Assembly (NCBI GenBank): GCA_012026655.1
Contig: JAAILG010000609.1
Span: 1 to 64,000, forward strand
From: Hydrolagus affinis
Taxonomy: Eukaryota
DNA length: 64,000 nucleotides
Direction of reading: 5' to 3'
Below are positions 1 through 13,235 of the stretch, piece after piece. The position numbers were made by a program, and so were the translations under genes. Below the pieces are notes generated by a model, which searched no databases, had not been told where the DNA came from, and was given only the letters and a program-made list of their open reading frames with translations. Within the stretch, counting starts at the first letter, position 1. Each line of letters begins with the position of its first letter.

Positions 1-29
1 TGAGTGTGTGAGTGAGTCTCCTACCTTTT

Positions 30-210
30 TTCTATATATATATATATCATATATTATACCTATATATATATAATTTATATATACTATATAATTTATATAT
101 ATAATATATTTTTTTAACAAAAACCCACAGCCTTGTATCTCGAACACACGAGAGAGAGAGAAGGAAAAAGAAAGAGAGAAAGAGAGAGAGAGAGAAAGAA
201 AGAGAGAGAA
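30..210. repeat. (TA)n and (GA)n microsatellites; further (CT)/(GT)/(CA) tracts at 515-578 and 730-900
   Basis: Seen directly in the sequence. Confidence 0.9.
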
Positions 211-580
211 CACGAGAGCTTCAGGAAGTGGATGAGTGAGTGAGGGAGACTTTTTGGAAAGGAGTCCACAGCATGTTGCAAAGCAGAGGGTTGCGCCTCC
301 ACAGACACAACCAACCCAACCCAGCTGAGGATCAAGCCTGTCTCCTGACCACAACCCCCCAGCCCAGCTCACCTCCCTCTGCCCATCACAGGAGCCTGGA
401 CATGTCCTACTGACTGACTTGGATCAGCTGGTGGGGGGGGTGGGTGGGTGGGTGGCATTTACTGAACTAAACTGAACTGCCCCCTCAACCCCCCCCACCC
501 CACCTCTCCCCCCCCTCTCTCTCTCTCTCTCTGTGTGTGTGTGTCTCTCTCTCTCTCTCACACATACACACACACACAAC

Positions 581-668
581 ATGACCAGCAGCTGGAAGAA
601 GAGACCAGAGGGAAGCAAGAGACTGGATGTCCAGCCTAGAGTGTTGGGGACACAGAAGAAAACACACG
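581..668 (+). CDS. ARTN: Putative first coding exon of the artemin-like gene (MTSSWKKRPEGSKRLDVQPRVLGTQKKTH + G, phase 1)
   Basis: ATG at 581 has A at -3 (caacATGA). It is followed by 29 open codons plus 1 nt, then a consensus donor G|GTAAGT at 669. Phase 1 joins in frame to the exon at 30845 (G+AC=GAC), which has no in-frame ATG of its own. The link across 30 kb is inferred, not shown. Confidence 0.6.
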
Positions 669-1953
669 GTAAGTAAGTCTTTCCCATTTACAATCAGAGA
701 AAAACAATCAGTTTTATCAATGAAAGAGAATGTGTGTGTGTTTATATATCAATAGATATGTGTGTGTGTGTGTTGAAAAGAAAAACAAGAGCAGAGATTT
801 AGTGAAAGACACACACACGGTGGACACTAGACAGACAGTTTTACTGTGAAACTCTGTGTGTGTGTGTGTGGGTATATGATTGTGTGTGTATGTGTGTGTA
901 CTTGTTTCACTCCTTCTCTTTCTGGCCGTGAATCTTAATACTCTGTGTTCTGCTGCCTGTGTTAGTTATTGTATTATATTGCATTGAAATGTGTTATATT
1001 TTATATTATGTTATATTATTATACTATACACCCAGGGATTGTGATCTTGGCATCTGATGGTCTGTAGTGGGCGACAGAGTGACATGGTCAGGATTAGAAA
1101 GGTGTTCTGCAGGTTTGCAAAGCACCTTAATAGTTTGCATATTATTATCAGTATTATCATTCCTATTTGGGGCTGTCAATAGTTTGGGTGTCAAACTCCA
1201 GGGGTATCATCAACAAGACAGAGGGTGGGTGGGTTGAGGCTCGACAAGTTGGATTTCAATTAAAAAAGGGGAAGGAGGGAGGGAGAGAGAGAGAGAGAGA
1301 GATATACCACAAACACTTTTTAATCCAAGAGATTATAACAATGTGGTTTGTTTTTTAAAAAAGCATTATTTATTATATATATTATATAATAATAATAAAA
1401 AAGAGAGATGTGTGTGGGTGTATCTATTGTTCCAACCCAAACTCCCAACTAGGTTAAGTGGAGTTTTAATGTTATGCACAAGTGGGTGGGCAACTCAGAA
1501 GTATAGAGTTACCTCTTTGTTAGCTGAGATAGCAGTACTGTAAACAGGGGGGGAGAAAGGGTGGAACCAGCCCACTGTGTCAGGTGTTTTTTTCTTGTCC
1601 ATCTGTCAAGCCAAGGGTCGAATTGCTGCTAATGTGCCACTGGTATCAATCTGGCATTAGATACTTAACTCAGCCCTCTGCAAGCTTTCTCTGGAGCTAT
1701 TTGGATCCAATCCTGGCAGTTTAAAAAAATATATATATATTTATCACTATATATCAAATGCAAGTAAATAAAAATATGGAATAGATAAGCAATTCAAATT
1801 TACCAGCCGAATGGTATCAATGGGGGATGTTGTTTCCATGCTGTTGAGTTATGGAGATCTGTCTCTCTCTCTCTTCTCTTCTTAAGTGTGCAAAAGGCCA
1901 CTTAGTCCTCAGTGGGTGGCCCGGGTGTAACTAACATGAACGGTATAACTAAC

Positions 1954-2318
1954 GTGGAGCTCTTGTGGCTCAGTGGCTAGAGCGCTTGCCTTACAAGTGG
2001 GTGAGACCTGTGTTCGAATCCAGGCAGATCAGGGCGAAACCTTGGGCAAGTTGCCTTACTCTACACATACAACACACGCGCGCCTAATAATAATAATAAT
2101 TCGTCCCCCTCAAAAAAACCACATTAATAAAAAAAAGTTGGTCATTTCGATCCACGACTGTTTGTGGGGGACGCTGCTGTGTGCAATTGGCTGCCGCATT
2201 TCGCCCACAAACATACAGTCAATTCATTTTGCAGTATATACTGTGAAGCGCTTTGAGACGTCTAGAAAATGTGAAAAGCATGATATCAAATGCAAGGATT
2301 ATTACTATTATTATAATT
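1954..2318 (+). mobile_element. Full-length tRNA-derived SINE with Deu-type core and (ATT)n tail
   Basis: A box TGGCTCAGTGG, B box GTTCGAATCC, core GCTGTGTGCAATTGGCTGCCGC, tail GTGAAGCGCTTTGAGACGTC..AAATGCAAGGATTATTA. Many copies in this window. Confidence 0.9.
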
Positions 2319-2421
2319 ACAGTGGAACAGGAATGGTCACAACTAGAATGAGAGGAGTGAAATAGGAACACACACACACACATAGCTGGGTGCTGTACAT
2401 GAGCAAGGTCTGTTTATAAAA

Positions 2422-2739
2422 GTAATAATCCTTGCATTTGACGTAGCGCTTTGCATTTTACATCTTCTCGACGTCTCAAAGCGCTTCACACAATACGCCG
2501 TAAAGTGAACTGACTGTATTTCTTGTGGGCGAAACATGGTAGCCAATTGCGCACCACAGAGTCTCAGTCCCACAACAATCGTGGATTGAAACAACCAATT
2601 TTTTTGTTTTGAGGGATTATTATTAATCGTGTGGAGTCAGGAAACTTGCCCAAGATTTCGCCCTGACCCGCCGGGAGTCGAACTCGGGTCTCTCGTTTGC
2701 AAGGCGAGTACTGTAACCACTGATCTACAGGACTCCACG
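2422..2739 (-). mobile_element. Full-length SINE, same family, inverted relative to 1954-2318
   Basis: Reverse complement of tail, core and tRNA head. Confidence 0.88.
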
Positions 2740-4913
2740 CCTCCTCACATGTGAAAGTGTGCTTAGTGTACATCATGTTCTGATTCAAGTTATTTTGTGG
2801 GACATGGCTGGACTCAAATAGTCTGTCAGGTTCGCCTACAAAATACGCAATCACTAAATTACATTTACAGTAAATCCTGCAGAGCACTTTGAGACATCCT
2901 CCTGAGGTGCTATACCAAATGCAAGGAATATTATCATTATTAAATATTGTAAATTAGATGTTGATTCCTGACGTATCAGGAGTAAAAGGTAGGTTTGTGC
3001 AAATACGCTAGAGAAATGTTGCATAAGGAAGTGACTTTGTATGAGAGTCAATGCTGCTGATGTTCCAAAGTGAAATGGTGCAATCCAGACAGCACGACAT
3101 TTTCAAACGACCAGAACTAGGAACCTGAGAGGCTGAACCCATCATCTGTGCCAATAGATTTGTGTAACAGGTAGTGCTGCTGTTGCTAATTATTTAATTT
3201 CATTTAAAAAAGATTTCTAACATATTAGAGGACACAGTTAAAGTGGCTGGTATCTTTGTGTCTGTGTGTATATATAATCCCGTTCTCTCTTAATTCTGTT
3301 ATCAGTTCAGCTAATATTACTCAAAGCTAAAATGCCGGATGGATTCTAAAGTTGATGGTGTATAAGTTGGGACCTTTCCTATCAATCTGTTGTTGTTGTA
3401 TTAGCATATACTATAGACATCATTGTACAAATTTGTTGTGTTGAACAATTATCACCTCCTCCGCACACCCACCACCCCAAACGCTGAGGACTTTTCAGTT
3501 TGTGTTCGTGCATGAATTGCAAATATTCTTTAAGCATATTTTGATGTAAAAGACTCTGTGGTATAATTTAACAATTGTGCTACAATTTTGACAACCAACA
3601 AAACGTTAAAACGCATGTTATATCAATTAAATACTTTATATGAATTGTCAATGTCCAGATTCATGTGTAGGATCTGTTCAAACTATCTTCACCTCATTCT
3701 GGCTTGCCACCAAGTTCATCGCCCTTTACATACTAATGAATGAGAAATCTTCCAGTCTTGAATACTTCTATTCCACAAATGGAGCGCTTAAGGCGGAATA
3801 TAATTCCTGGAAGCAACAGGCCAAATAAGGGGAACAAAATTAATATCTCAAATATGAGTACAAATGGTTCGTGTTCTACTTGTGAACTGAGCTGGAAGTG
3901 GTTAATTTGTCGATTGTATTTAGATTGAGGAATTAAACAATTAGAAGATCACAATCATTTAACCTAATCCCATCCTTTGTTTTGTTGGGGGTGAGATTTA
4001 CCTTGTTTTGAAAGGCATTAAGAGCAACCTGTTTGCAGGGTTCTTCCAATTCCCCTGGAACCAGTGACTTTCCAGTCGAGAAGTGTCCAGTTGCCTTTTG
4101 GTGCCTTTATTAAATCAAATGAGATAGGCAACTCAATGTGTGGAGTATGATGCGAACATGTTCCATGCTATTCTATAACATACTGGGCTCTTGCATTACG
4201 CAATCATTAATGGCAGCGTGAAACACCAAACAATGATCAACGATAAACACATTCTCCCAGAACCAACCATCTCTTTCCTTGAAATATATTATCTATTCCA
4301 TTTCTATTGCGTGGAGCAGAGTTTTCCCCAGTGTTTTAGCTAATAATCCCCAAATAAAATTGGTCATTCACTTCATGGTGGTTGGTGGGACATTGCTGTG
4401 AGCAAATTGGCTACGAGCTTCACTTACAAAACACACTGTCGTTACACTTTACAGTGTATTCTATGAAGCCTTTTCAAGACGTTCCCCCAATACAAAACCA
4501 AATGTAAGGATTAATGTTTATTATTCTTATTTTGCCAACATTTGAGCATTTTGGCATCTTCTTCCAAATCATCTTGTTTGAACAGGGTTGGCCAATTGTC
4601 ATGTGTTCTTCTTGTGAATTTACAGGTGCTATAAGGGAAGCAGTTCTAAGTGTCATAGCTGATACAAAAACAATTACTAACTAATTGGCAAAGATTGAAG
4701 ATTATAAGGGCTGTTTTCTCTGCCCTGTTCCTTGCAATGCTGAGCTAGATTAATGTATATAATGCTGGATTAATATAATGTATTATTAATATTAAGAGTA
4801 AGAAAGATTCTTGGGAATAATTTGGGGAAAACTAAAGTCCATGAGGTCAGGTTTGCTGAAGTAACAAAGGAAAAAGCATCCTGTTAAATATGGAAAATTC
4901 TTTTTGGACTAAG

Positions 4914-5120
4914 AATAATAATAATAATCCTTGCATTTGATATAGCGCTTTTCACATCTTCTAGACGTCTCAAAGCACTTCACAGAATATACTGTAAAGT
5001 GAATTGACTGTATATTTGTGGGCGAAACGCAGCAGCCAATTGTGCACAGCAGGTCTCACAACCAGTCGTGGGTTGAAATGACCAATTTATTGTTGTTTTT
5101 TTTGGTGAGGGATTATTATC
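4914..5120 (-). mobile_element. 5'-truncated SINE
   Basis: AATAATCCTTGCATTTGATATAGCGCTTTTCAC.. through the core; no head. Confidence 0.85.
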
Positions 5121-5498
5121 AAATCTTTATCTGTATCCACAGACGAGAATAATAGACACACACTTTCATTACAACAATAAGAAAAGCTACAGGCAGGAAA
5201 AACTATTGAAACGCCTCCGTAGTGAAAACACATATTACACATTTGCAAAGAATCTACGGTTACCAAGTTCACGGAACAGTAGCAAGCTATTAAACAAAGA
5301 CAAGCTTCGAACAACCAGATTAAAGCCTCAACCCATCAAACAGATTAATCAGTTACCGCTGAGTAACTAACCAAGGCAGAACTCAAACTCAAAGTTTTAC
5401 AAAGGTACTTCCGAGCCTTGATTTGAATGCAGTTGGTGAACCTCTTATCCTGTATGTAAACATTGGGATTTCCATGTTTAGCTGCGTCTGGATACTCT

Positions 5499-5700
5499 TA
5501 TAATAATAATAATAATAATAATCCTTGCATTTGATACAGCACTTTTCACATCTTACCGAGGTCTCAAAGCGCTTCACTGAATATACTTGTAAAGTGAATT
5601 GGCTGCATATTTGTGGGCGAAACGTGGCAGCCAATTGCGCACAGCAGTGTCCCTCACAAACAGCCCTGGATTGAAAATGCCCAATTTTTATTATTGTGCG
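5499..5700 (-). mobile_element. 5'-truncated SINE
   Basis: (AAT)n tail plus core, reverse strand. Confidence 0.85.
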
Positions 5701-6764
5701 CTTAAACACCGTGAAGAGTTTCCACATGTGTTAAGACACCAAGTTGACTCTAGCCCCCCGACCCCCCCAAAAAAAAAATTCTGTAACATGGCTGCCCTTT
5801 GCAGCTGCATCTTCAGGTGTTGGGAACTAATGTGCCTTAGCAAACACCACGAGCAACCATTTTCCCTTTGGCAGTGGGAGGACTGAAAGCTTGAGCCGTG
5901 CGTGCAGTCCCTGTGATTTTGTTTTGACGAGCTTGGCTTTACAGACCCTCTCCAGACACTGGGAAAAGTCCAGAGGAGAGTTGATATAGCTTGCAATTGT
6001 GACTTTTAAACACTTTTAAACAGTTGCTCACGCATAGTTTTGTTTGTTGTTCTGGTGCTGTAGAAACCAGTTCCACATTGTAAATGGGGTGAACTCCGTG
6101 GCAATAGGAACTCGCAATCTTAACAGAGCTGCTCCTGGAAATGGCTCTGTGATTATAAACACATCGTTAGGTATTGAGTCAGAAGATGCTGAAGAAATGG
6201 AGCTCCATCCACGCTGAAAACAGTAATGTTATAATGTTGTTTACTGAGGCATAAATCATTTGCAAGTAATTTTCTTTTTGCATATATACAAATTCATTTA
6301 TTTATACACCTTACCAATTTCAGTCGTGTTGTGGCCTGCTTTCCACATCTCTCTGCTCCCTCATTCCCCCCTCCACCCAAAAAAATAAAAGTATTCCTAC
6401 TAGAATTTGATTTGTAACATAGCCAAGTGAATATACTGTAAGTAACATTCATTCACACCGGAACAAAGGTTTGAACCTGTAACCTGCATTGGAAGGTACT
6501 CATCAATCTGCTGCTGAAGTCATGATTTCGACTCACAGAAGGTTGAAAAATGATAGGGATTTGGCTGAGTGTGATTATCGATTATTTACTGAAAGTTTCC
6601 AGTCGATGTTAAAAAAAACATTATCAACAAAGTTGATCAAATATCTAGAGGGCATTTTGCTACAAGTCAAAACCAGTTGTGTTAATCTTGTGTAGATGAC
6701 TTCTGAATTTTCTCAGTGTTTGTATTTTTTTAAACAAAAGTTGTTTTCTAACTCCTGTTCTCCT

Positions 6765-6940
6765 TGAACATTTTCAAGGCTGAGACTGATAGATTTTTTT
6801 AAAAAATAGAGGGATTAGGGGATATGGAGATAGGGCAGGTAAGTAGAGTTAGATCAGAAGATCAGCCATGATCTTATTGAATGGCGGGGCAGGCTCAAGG
6901 GGCCAAATGGCCTACTCCTGCTCCTAATTCTTATGTTCTA
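6765..6940 (+). mobile_element. CR1-type LINE 3' end
   Basis: GATCAGCCATGATCTTATTGAATGGCGGGGCAGGCTC..GGCCTACTCCTGCTCCTA.TTCTTATGTTCT; related copies at ~26480-26740 and 62867-63250. Confidence 0.75.
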
Positions 6941-7424
6941 TAAGCCCGGATCTTTCGGAAAGTGGTGCTATTTCTGCTTCTTCCAGCTGAGAAATTCTTC
7001 ATTCATAATCAAGGGCAAGGCTTTGACAAACACCCCCAAATAATTCATGGGTGGGGGGGGGGAGGGGGGGTGGGGAAAGGGGGAAGGGATAACGAGGAAA
7101 GTACTGGAGCTTAAGGGGGAAATTCGAAGGACCGAGAAGCAGAATGATTGGTTGACTGATGCAGGCCGCTATTTGATCAGTTCAGTTTCTGAGCTTTTCT
7201 TTTGCGTTCCGAAGATCTGCACTAACTTAGCAACCAAATACTGTACATAAGTTGTGAAATACAAGTTTGGAAACCTACAGCATTGTCATCGGTAGAAAAT
7301 GCCCCCACCCTGTAAATGGGGCTAATTTCAGCAACTCAAGGTATCACAGGGTTGCTTATAATTGAAGCAACAGTGTACTCATCCTATTGATCTTTCCCAT
7401 TGACTTGCTTCTTCTTCGACCTCT

Positions 7425-7662
7425 CCCCCCCACACTCTGGAACTCCATCCCACAGTCGCTTCGCCTTGCTCCCTCCCTCCCTCTCCTCCTTCTACGACCC
7501 TCCTCTTCGACTGTGCCTTCTGCGGCCCTCCCAACTTTCTCTCCCTCCGCTCCCTCCTACCCTGCCCTACTCCCTTGCTTGGGTCCCGACCTGACTGTTC
7601 AGCGCCTGGGGTGTCCTCCAGACGTGAAAGCCTCTCTCTAAATGTAATTTTGTTGTTATTGT
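7425..7662 (+). mobile_element. L2-type LINE 3' end
   Basis: Encodes PTLWNSIPQSLRLA (ORF2 C-terminal LWNSLP motif) and ends ..GACGTGAAAG..AAATGTAATTTTGTTGTT. Confidence 0.75.
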
Positions 7663-8209
7663 TAGTGTTTAATGAGTAATCAGACTGGTTTAGTCTCACT
7701 GCAGATGTTCTTCGTGTTCGGCAGAATTTTATTTAACAAAATACCCCACACGTTTGGCAGCTTTCGGAGAGGCTGTGTGAACAGCCAATGTGTTTTTGAC
7801 TTGTTTACTGAGCACATTGCATGTTCCATGCTGAAATGAAATCTCACTGTCATTGCTATCATAACAAACATAGTTTTGACCAGTGACTGGTCTGTAGACT
7901 TTGTGTTCTGGAATGTGGGATGCAGTGGAGGATTGATAATTGATCAATGTAAATCCGTAGGGAATAATAGATATCTGTCCGCGAGTTATAATTCAGTCGA
8001 GTGGTTTTAGTTGATGATGTAAACAGCAACACCGACTCGCACTTGCATTGTGGCTTTCGGGTAGAAAGACATTTTACAGAACTTCACAGAGACAGAGTGA
8101 GTCAATGGCTTGAAGTGGGTGGGAGATATCGGAGAAGGAAGAAGTGAGGTGATCACAGGTATATTTATGGTACGAGAAATAGGCTTTTACCTTCTGGATT
8201 GACTCGCTG

Positions 8210-8440
8210 ATTGAGTCCCTCCAGTTTGACTCTGCCCATCCACAGTACTGACCACCTTGGTCCAAGTCACAAACAACATGCTCTTCATCTGCACCTGGAA
8301 GCTCCTTATCCTCCTTAAACTCTTTACTGCCTTTCCAGTGGTTGATCTCACTCTCTCTCCTCCCACGTACACACACCTCCGTGGTCCTGTATTTAACCCA
8401 TTTCTGCCCGTCCCAGAGTGGTTTTCTATCTTTTCTAAGT
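8210..8440 (+). mobile_element. Decayed L2 reverse-transcriptase fragment
   Basis: Translation LVQVTNNML..LLILLKLFTAFPVVD resembles L2 RT ALVKVTNDLL..LLILLDLSAAFDTVD. Confidence 0.65.
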
Positions 8441-11429
8441 GCACTATCGGACGGAATTGGGGTTTGAGAGAAGCTGCTTTCAGTACAGAGTTTCGTGAGG
8501 ACAATCAATGAGGCCAGAGTAAATTCAGTAACACTTTGCACAGCTATAACGAACGAGTAGAAATTGATGCATCTGCTTTTAAATGTTTCTGAGGGGTGGG
8601 GTATATTGACCAGTTTTTCCATATCCTGAGTGGGATTGACTTTGAATAGCTCTTTTCAAAGAGCCGGTCCAGACACGATGCGCCAAATGGCCTCCTTTTG
8701 TGTTGTAAAATTCAATGATTCCTCCTGATATTGTTCAGTTTGTTTTTACTTCCTCTGGTGCTTTGCTGAAGTGGCCATTATCTATGTGTCTTGACGGTGA
8801 ATACTGTACAGTATTTGCAGTCTGTTTTACTATGGCAAGTATTGCACTCAAAGCTGACACCTGATGTGCAAAGGACCTGCAGCTCTGGCAGGGATTCTGA
8901 TATCAACTCAAAGGCAACTACTGTTGCTCGGACTGAGATCAGCTAACTCAAAACAGGCTAGAGATCGGACCCGGGAAGATGTGAACAATTAATATGGATT
9001 AAATAAAATTTATTCTGAATGTTTTGCTCCACCAGTAAACTGTGATTGGTCGACGCAATGTGTATTTTGTGTATTTTGAAAAAAAGGTAATTTTCAAGAT
9101 ATTTCCAAGACTGGAATTGAAACAATAGAATTGAAGGAGGAAGGAAGGGTCACACCGAGGTGAGGTTGAACGTTGGCTCACAGGAAGAGAAGTAAATCAC
9201 CTTTATTACACATCTTGGTGGCTCATGAGTGAGCGAGGAAGGAAGTCTGGGATTAAAGTTAATGCCCGACTATTCCCACTGCCAATGGACAGAAGTAATT
9301 TAAGGGTCTTTTATGATATCCAAATTCCCAATTATTTTGAAACCTTTCTGAATTATTAGTATTCCATAAAATCTAAAATTCTATAAAATGTCATCAAATT
9401 AACAAAACAGCGTGTGCATTATATTCTTGAGTTTGAGGCTGCTGCTGGACAGTTGGATTGCCACTTTCGATATTGATTCTTAAAAGAAACACTTTCACTC
9501 TCGTGCGTGCGCGCACACACACACACACACACACAAGAGTTTTAAGATCTCGGAGAATATATTTCCGATGTTCTGCCTCTCTCCACTTTGAGGGAATGCC
9601 AACTCTTCATGAGCAATGGAATGTCAGAAAGAAAAATGTGTTTGTGTGTTTTGTTTTGCTGCCATTGGCTAGAGTCCTGCACAACTCTACCAAGGACGGA
9701 ACCTTCTCCCGTCCTACATTTGCTGAAACCCGAATTATCCTCATGTCGACCTCGTTGATCTTCAAGCCCAATCCTAACAGTCCTTAAAGATTTCAATGTA
9801 TTTCAATGTATTCGAATAATTTAATTTATCCCTTAACCGAATGCAGTGACTTATTTTGCGAGCCAGGAACGGTCAGGCTAAGCTAGAACGCCATGCTACC
9901 TCTCCCGATTAGCTGTTTATTCGCAAGGATGTCTTGACAGTGAGTGTCAACAGGCATTTTTGGTCTTGGGGAATATCACAGCAGAGCCCTTTTCTGACCA
10001 TTAGTTTATCTGCCCCACTTCATAATTGGCAGCGTAAGCAACTGATGTGCTCTGAGGCCTTCTCTGCTTCTATGTCAGTAGTTTCAAGTTGACGAGGGTC
10101 AACTCTTCTCAATGGAATGTCTATCACTGAACTCAGCTCCTTTTTGGAAAAAAAACTCATTCGTTCATGATCTCCAGCCAAGATTTTTTAAGTGAGATGC
10201 ATTCTGTATAAATCTGATTCTCCCCCCACCATCTATTTACTGGTTTATTAATCCTCAAGGACTGGTTGGTTTCCAAGAAGCAGCAAACTTAGGTGGGACA
10301 TATTTTGCGAAAGTCATTGTGTCTCTGCTTTGGATAACATATCCTTAAAAGACATTACAAAGACACTAATAAAGGCCATTAAAACTGATTATTTTTATCT
10401 TCCTCTTGCCCTCGTGCATGTGGAGTTTCCTTTTCAAATGTTTCAAACGATATCCATGTTCCCTTTACTCAGAGCCAATTTATTTCATGAGCTAACATCT
10501 TGATTATATCTTAGAAATGAAGCCCAAATGGTCAAAATGAATATTTTATGTGCAAAATCACTCTAAAATCTTCAAGAAGTAGCCGTTGCCAGCAAAATCA
10601 AGATGCGACTGCTGTACACTGTGTCCTGGAGTAATCACGTAACGAAGATCTGTGAAAGAGTCAAATTTCTAATACTTATCAACCAAACCATCTCTGCTTG
10701 TGCGTTAACCCTGTAACAAGCAAGCCAATTTCTTTTTTTAAAAGTCTTCCATTTAGCTCCAACACAAAACCCCAGTAGCTGTTAGCACCACAAACTGCTG
10801 TGTGAAAACCTGGGAGTGATTTGACGAACTTAAATAATGAAAGTCCATTTATATTAGAAGAAAGTAAGTGAAACCATGCTCAGGATTCGGATGACATTTC
10901 TAAATCAATTAAACCCTTGTCATTTAAAGTTGATACTGAACCCTTCATATATATATTATATATATATATATTTTGTATATATATTTTATATATATATTCA
11001 TACCCTTGGGGTATGTTCTTAAACATTGCTGGCTATTACTTTATATAGTATAAACATTGCGTTTACCATTGCTATAAAATTAGATTTTATTGGAATTATG
11101 TTAATGCGGTTCTAGCTCCTTGTACTTGCCTCGCCGTTGATAGTGCAATCTCTCCCTCCCACCCATTGTAGAATTTCTCAGCTCAAGCTTCATGTGGTCA
11201 TTAGTGTGGGAGAAAATCTTGAAGACATAAGTGAAGGAAGTGGAGGTAAGCACTCAAAAGCTTCCTTTATGAGCTTTAAAAGATAATGCCTTCTGCATGG
11301 AAAGTCAGATATAGATGTGACTTTGTGGTATTTATAGGTTTGAGCAAGTCTGAGACCCGGGTTTGAATTGAACTCACATTGATGGGACATATAACCTAAA
11401 TGTTAATATAGTTAATGGAACAGAGGAAT

Positions 11430-11760
11430 CTTACAGTACAGATAGGGGATCTTTATAGGCGCATGTATGAAGACCAGAGCATTTAAAAATTAAATGGAAT
11501 TTCTAGGATTATATAAAGAGCCATTGAATATAAGAGCAAGTATCTAATGTTACATTTGTACAAGTTGTTGGTTAAACTGCAATTGGGTTGCTATATCCAA
11601 ATTTGGGCACCTTGTGACAGAAAAGACATCATTGTGTGACAGCACAGATTCGCAAGGAATGAGAGTTCTAACTATATGGAGCGTTGGGTATACTTTCGTT
11701 AGAGCGAGGAATTGTTAGAATGTAAGATGCCTGACCACAAATGTCTATATCTATCTACAA
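11430..11760 (+). mobile_element. Decayed CR1 ORF2 C-terminal fragment
   Basis: Reads RAIEYKSKYLMLHLYKLLVKLQLGCYIQIWAP, resembling CR1 IEYKSKEVMLQLYKxLVRPHLEYCVQFWSP. Confidence 0.7.
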
Positions 11761-13235
11761 AGGAAATTGGATACTTACTCAAAGTTTATAGGGAACATAG
11801 CAAGAGAATAGTATTCAGAGTGGAGAGCCCCAGTGGGGAAGCTAGCCCCAAAACAGGCTCGTTGAGAGTCCTTCTCTTTCGGATACAATCTTGAACCTTG
11901 CTGTTTGCTGGATAAATATAATGGTCACATATTAATATTAATAATAATCTTTGTACTTTATGTAGCACCTTATCTTGTGTTGAGATGTTTCAAAATGCTT
12001 CACAAAATATGCTGTGAACTGAATTGACTGTATAATTTGTAGACGAAACGTACTGGGTCTGATTTGCCTAAATAATCCAATTTTCCATCAATAAACCCAC
12101 ATCTTCAATTTAGCAAGAAACATTTAGATAAATTTAGGACAGAGTTTCTATTTAAAAAAAGCAGGTTCAGTCGACCTATCATATTTTAGATGTAATTCAT
12201 TAATCTGAATTAGTGAAAAAATTAACCAGTTTTTCTCTTCTCTGTGATTGACATTAACCTGTTGCACATGTCTAGTGTTTTCTGTTTTTGTTTTTACACT
12301 TGGGTTTCCTTTCGAAACTTAATCTATCTGAAGAAAAGGGTGAAAAATCTTTATATATTTGTCACTGCCCCATCAAAAATAAAAAGGTAACAACTGAAAA
12401 CACGGTACTTTGCACTGGTCAGAAACCATGGAATATCTTGATGTTGTTTCTTTAACAGATCTTTAAATTCATAGAGAAATGCTATGGGGTTATCACCTCT
12501 GTAACAGACCAGGATAACAGGTAAAGCAATCTGGGAATTTAATTTACTGTAACCTTGGAATGTACTGTAAAGTGCAATAACCCAAAATTGTTACTGTAAC
12601 AAGACAGGGAATACTCAAACTGATATATGCGTTTGTTCCACCAACTGACCCTGAATTGGGAATGAAAAATAACGTGAGATTCTTTTGGAATAGATGAAAT
12701 AAATCCACACCTACTTGATAGAGTAGTATTTTCCCCCATAAAATTTTCAGTATGAAGTTCTATGGCTGTCTCTGACGGTCTTATCAACCAGGACTCTCCC
12801 ACCGACATTCAAAACAACACTCAGACCATCTTCACATAATCCACGTCTTAGCCTGAAGGAGGGGAATTAATTTGAATAATTGCTCTTCACTTCAAATGAG
12901 TAGTTGTAAGTAAACATAGTAAGTAAGACTTCATGATATGGAATAACAATAAACAGTGGAAGGATAACATCTTATTGTGTTGAAATGTGCTTTACACCTC
13001 ATTGCTGTAAGCATGATCACACAAACAATCATGAGTGAATGATCAATTAACCTAGAGGAAGTTTGACCAGGATACTGGGAGAAACTTCCTGCTCTTTCTG
13101 AATTTCTGAATGGGATCTTCAACATTCATCCGAAGAGACAAATGAGACCCTATCCATTTGAGATGGCACCGTATCACATTGTCCAAATGCGGCAAAGTGC
13201 TTCATGGATTCACTGTGTGAAAGAATCGTGGCATT

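Noticed and set aside
1954-2030. tRNA-like sequences with A and B boxes (also at ~16500, 41070, 47050, 52650, 58290, 62290)
   Set aside because: Each continues into the SINE body and lacks a proper acceptor stem, so these are SINE heads, not tRNA genes.
1973-2365. Recurrent short ORFs with [16 protein letters not shown] or CAQLAA motifs across the window
   Set aside because: Translations of the same SINE core and tail, not a protein family.
8074-8622. 182-aa minus-strand ORF
   Set aside because: Overlaps decayed L2 fragments; no coherent domain.
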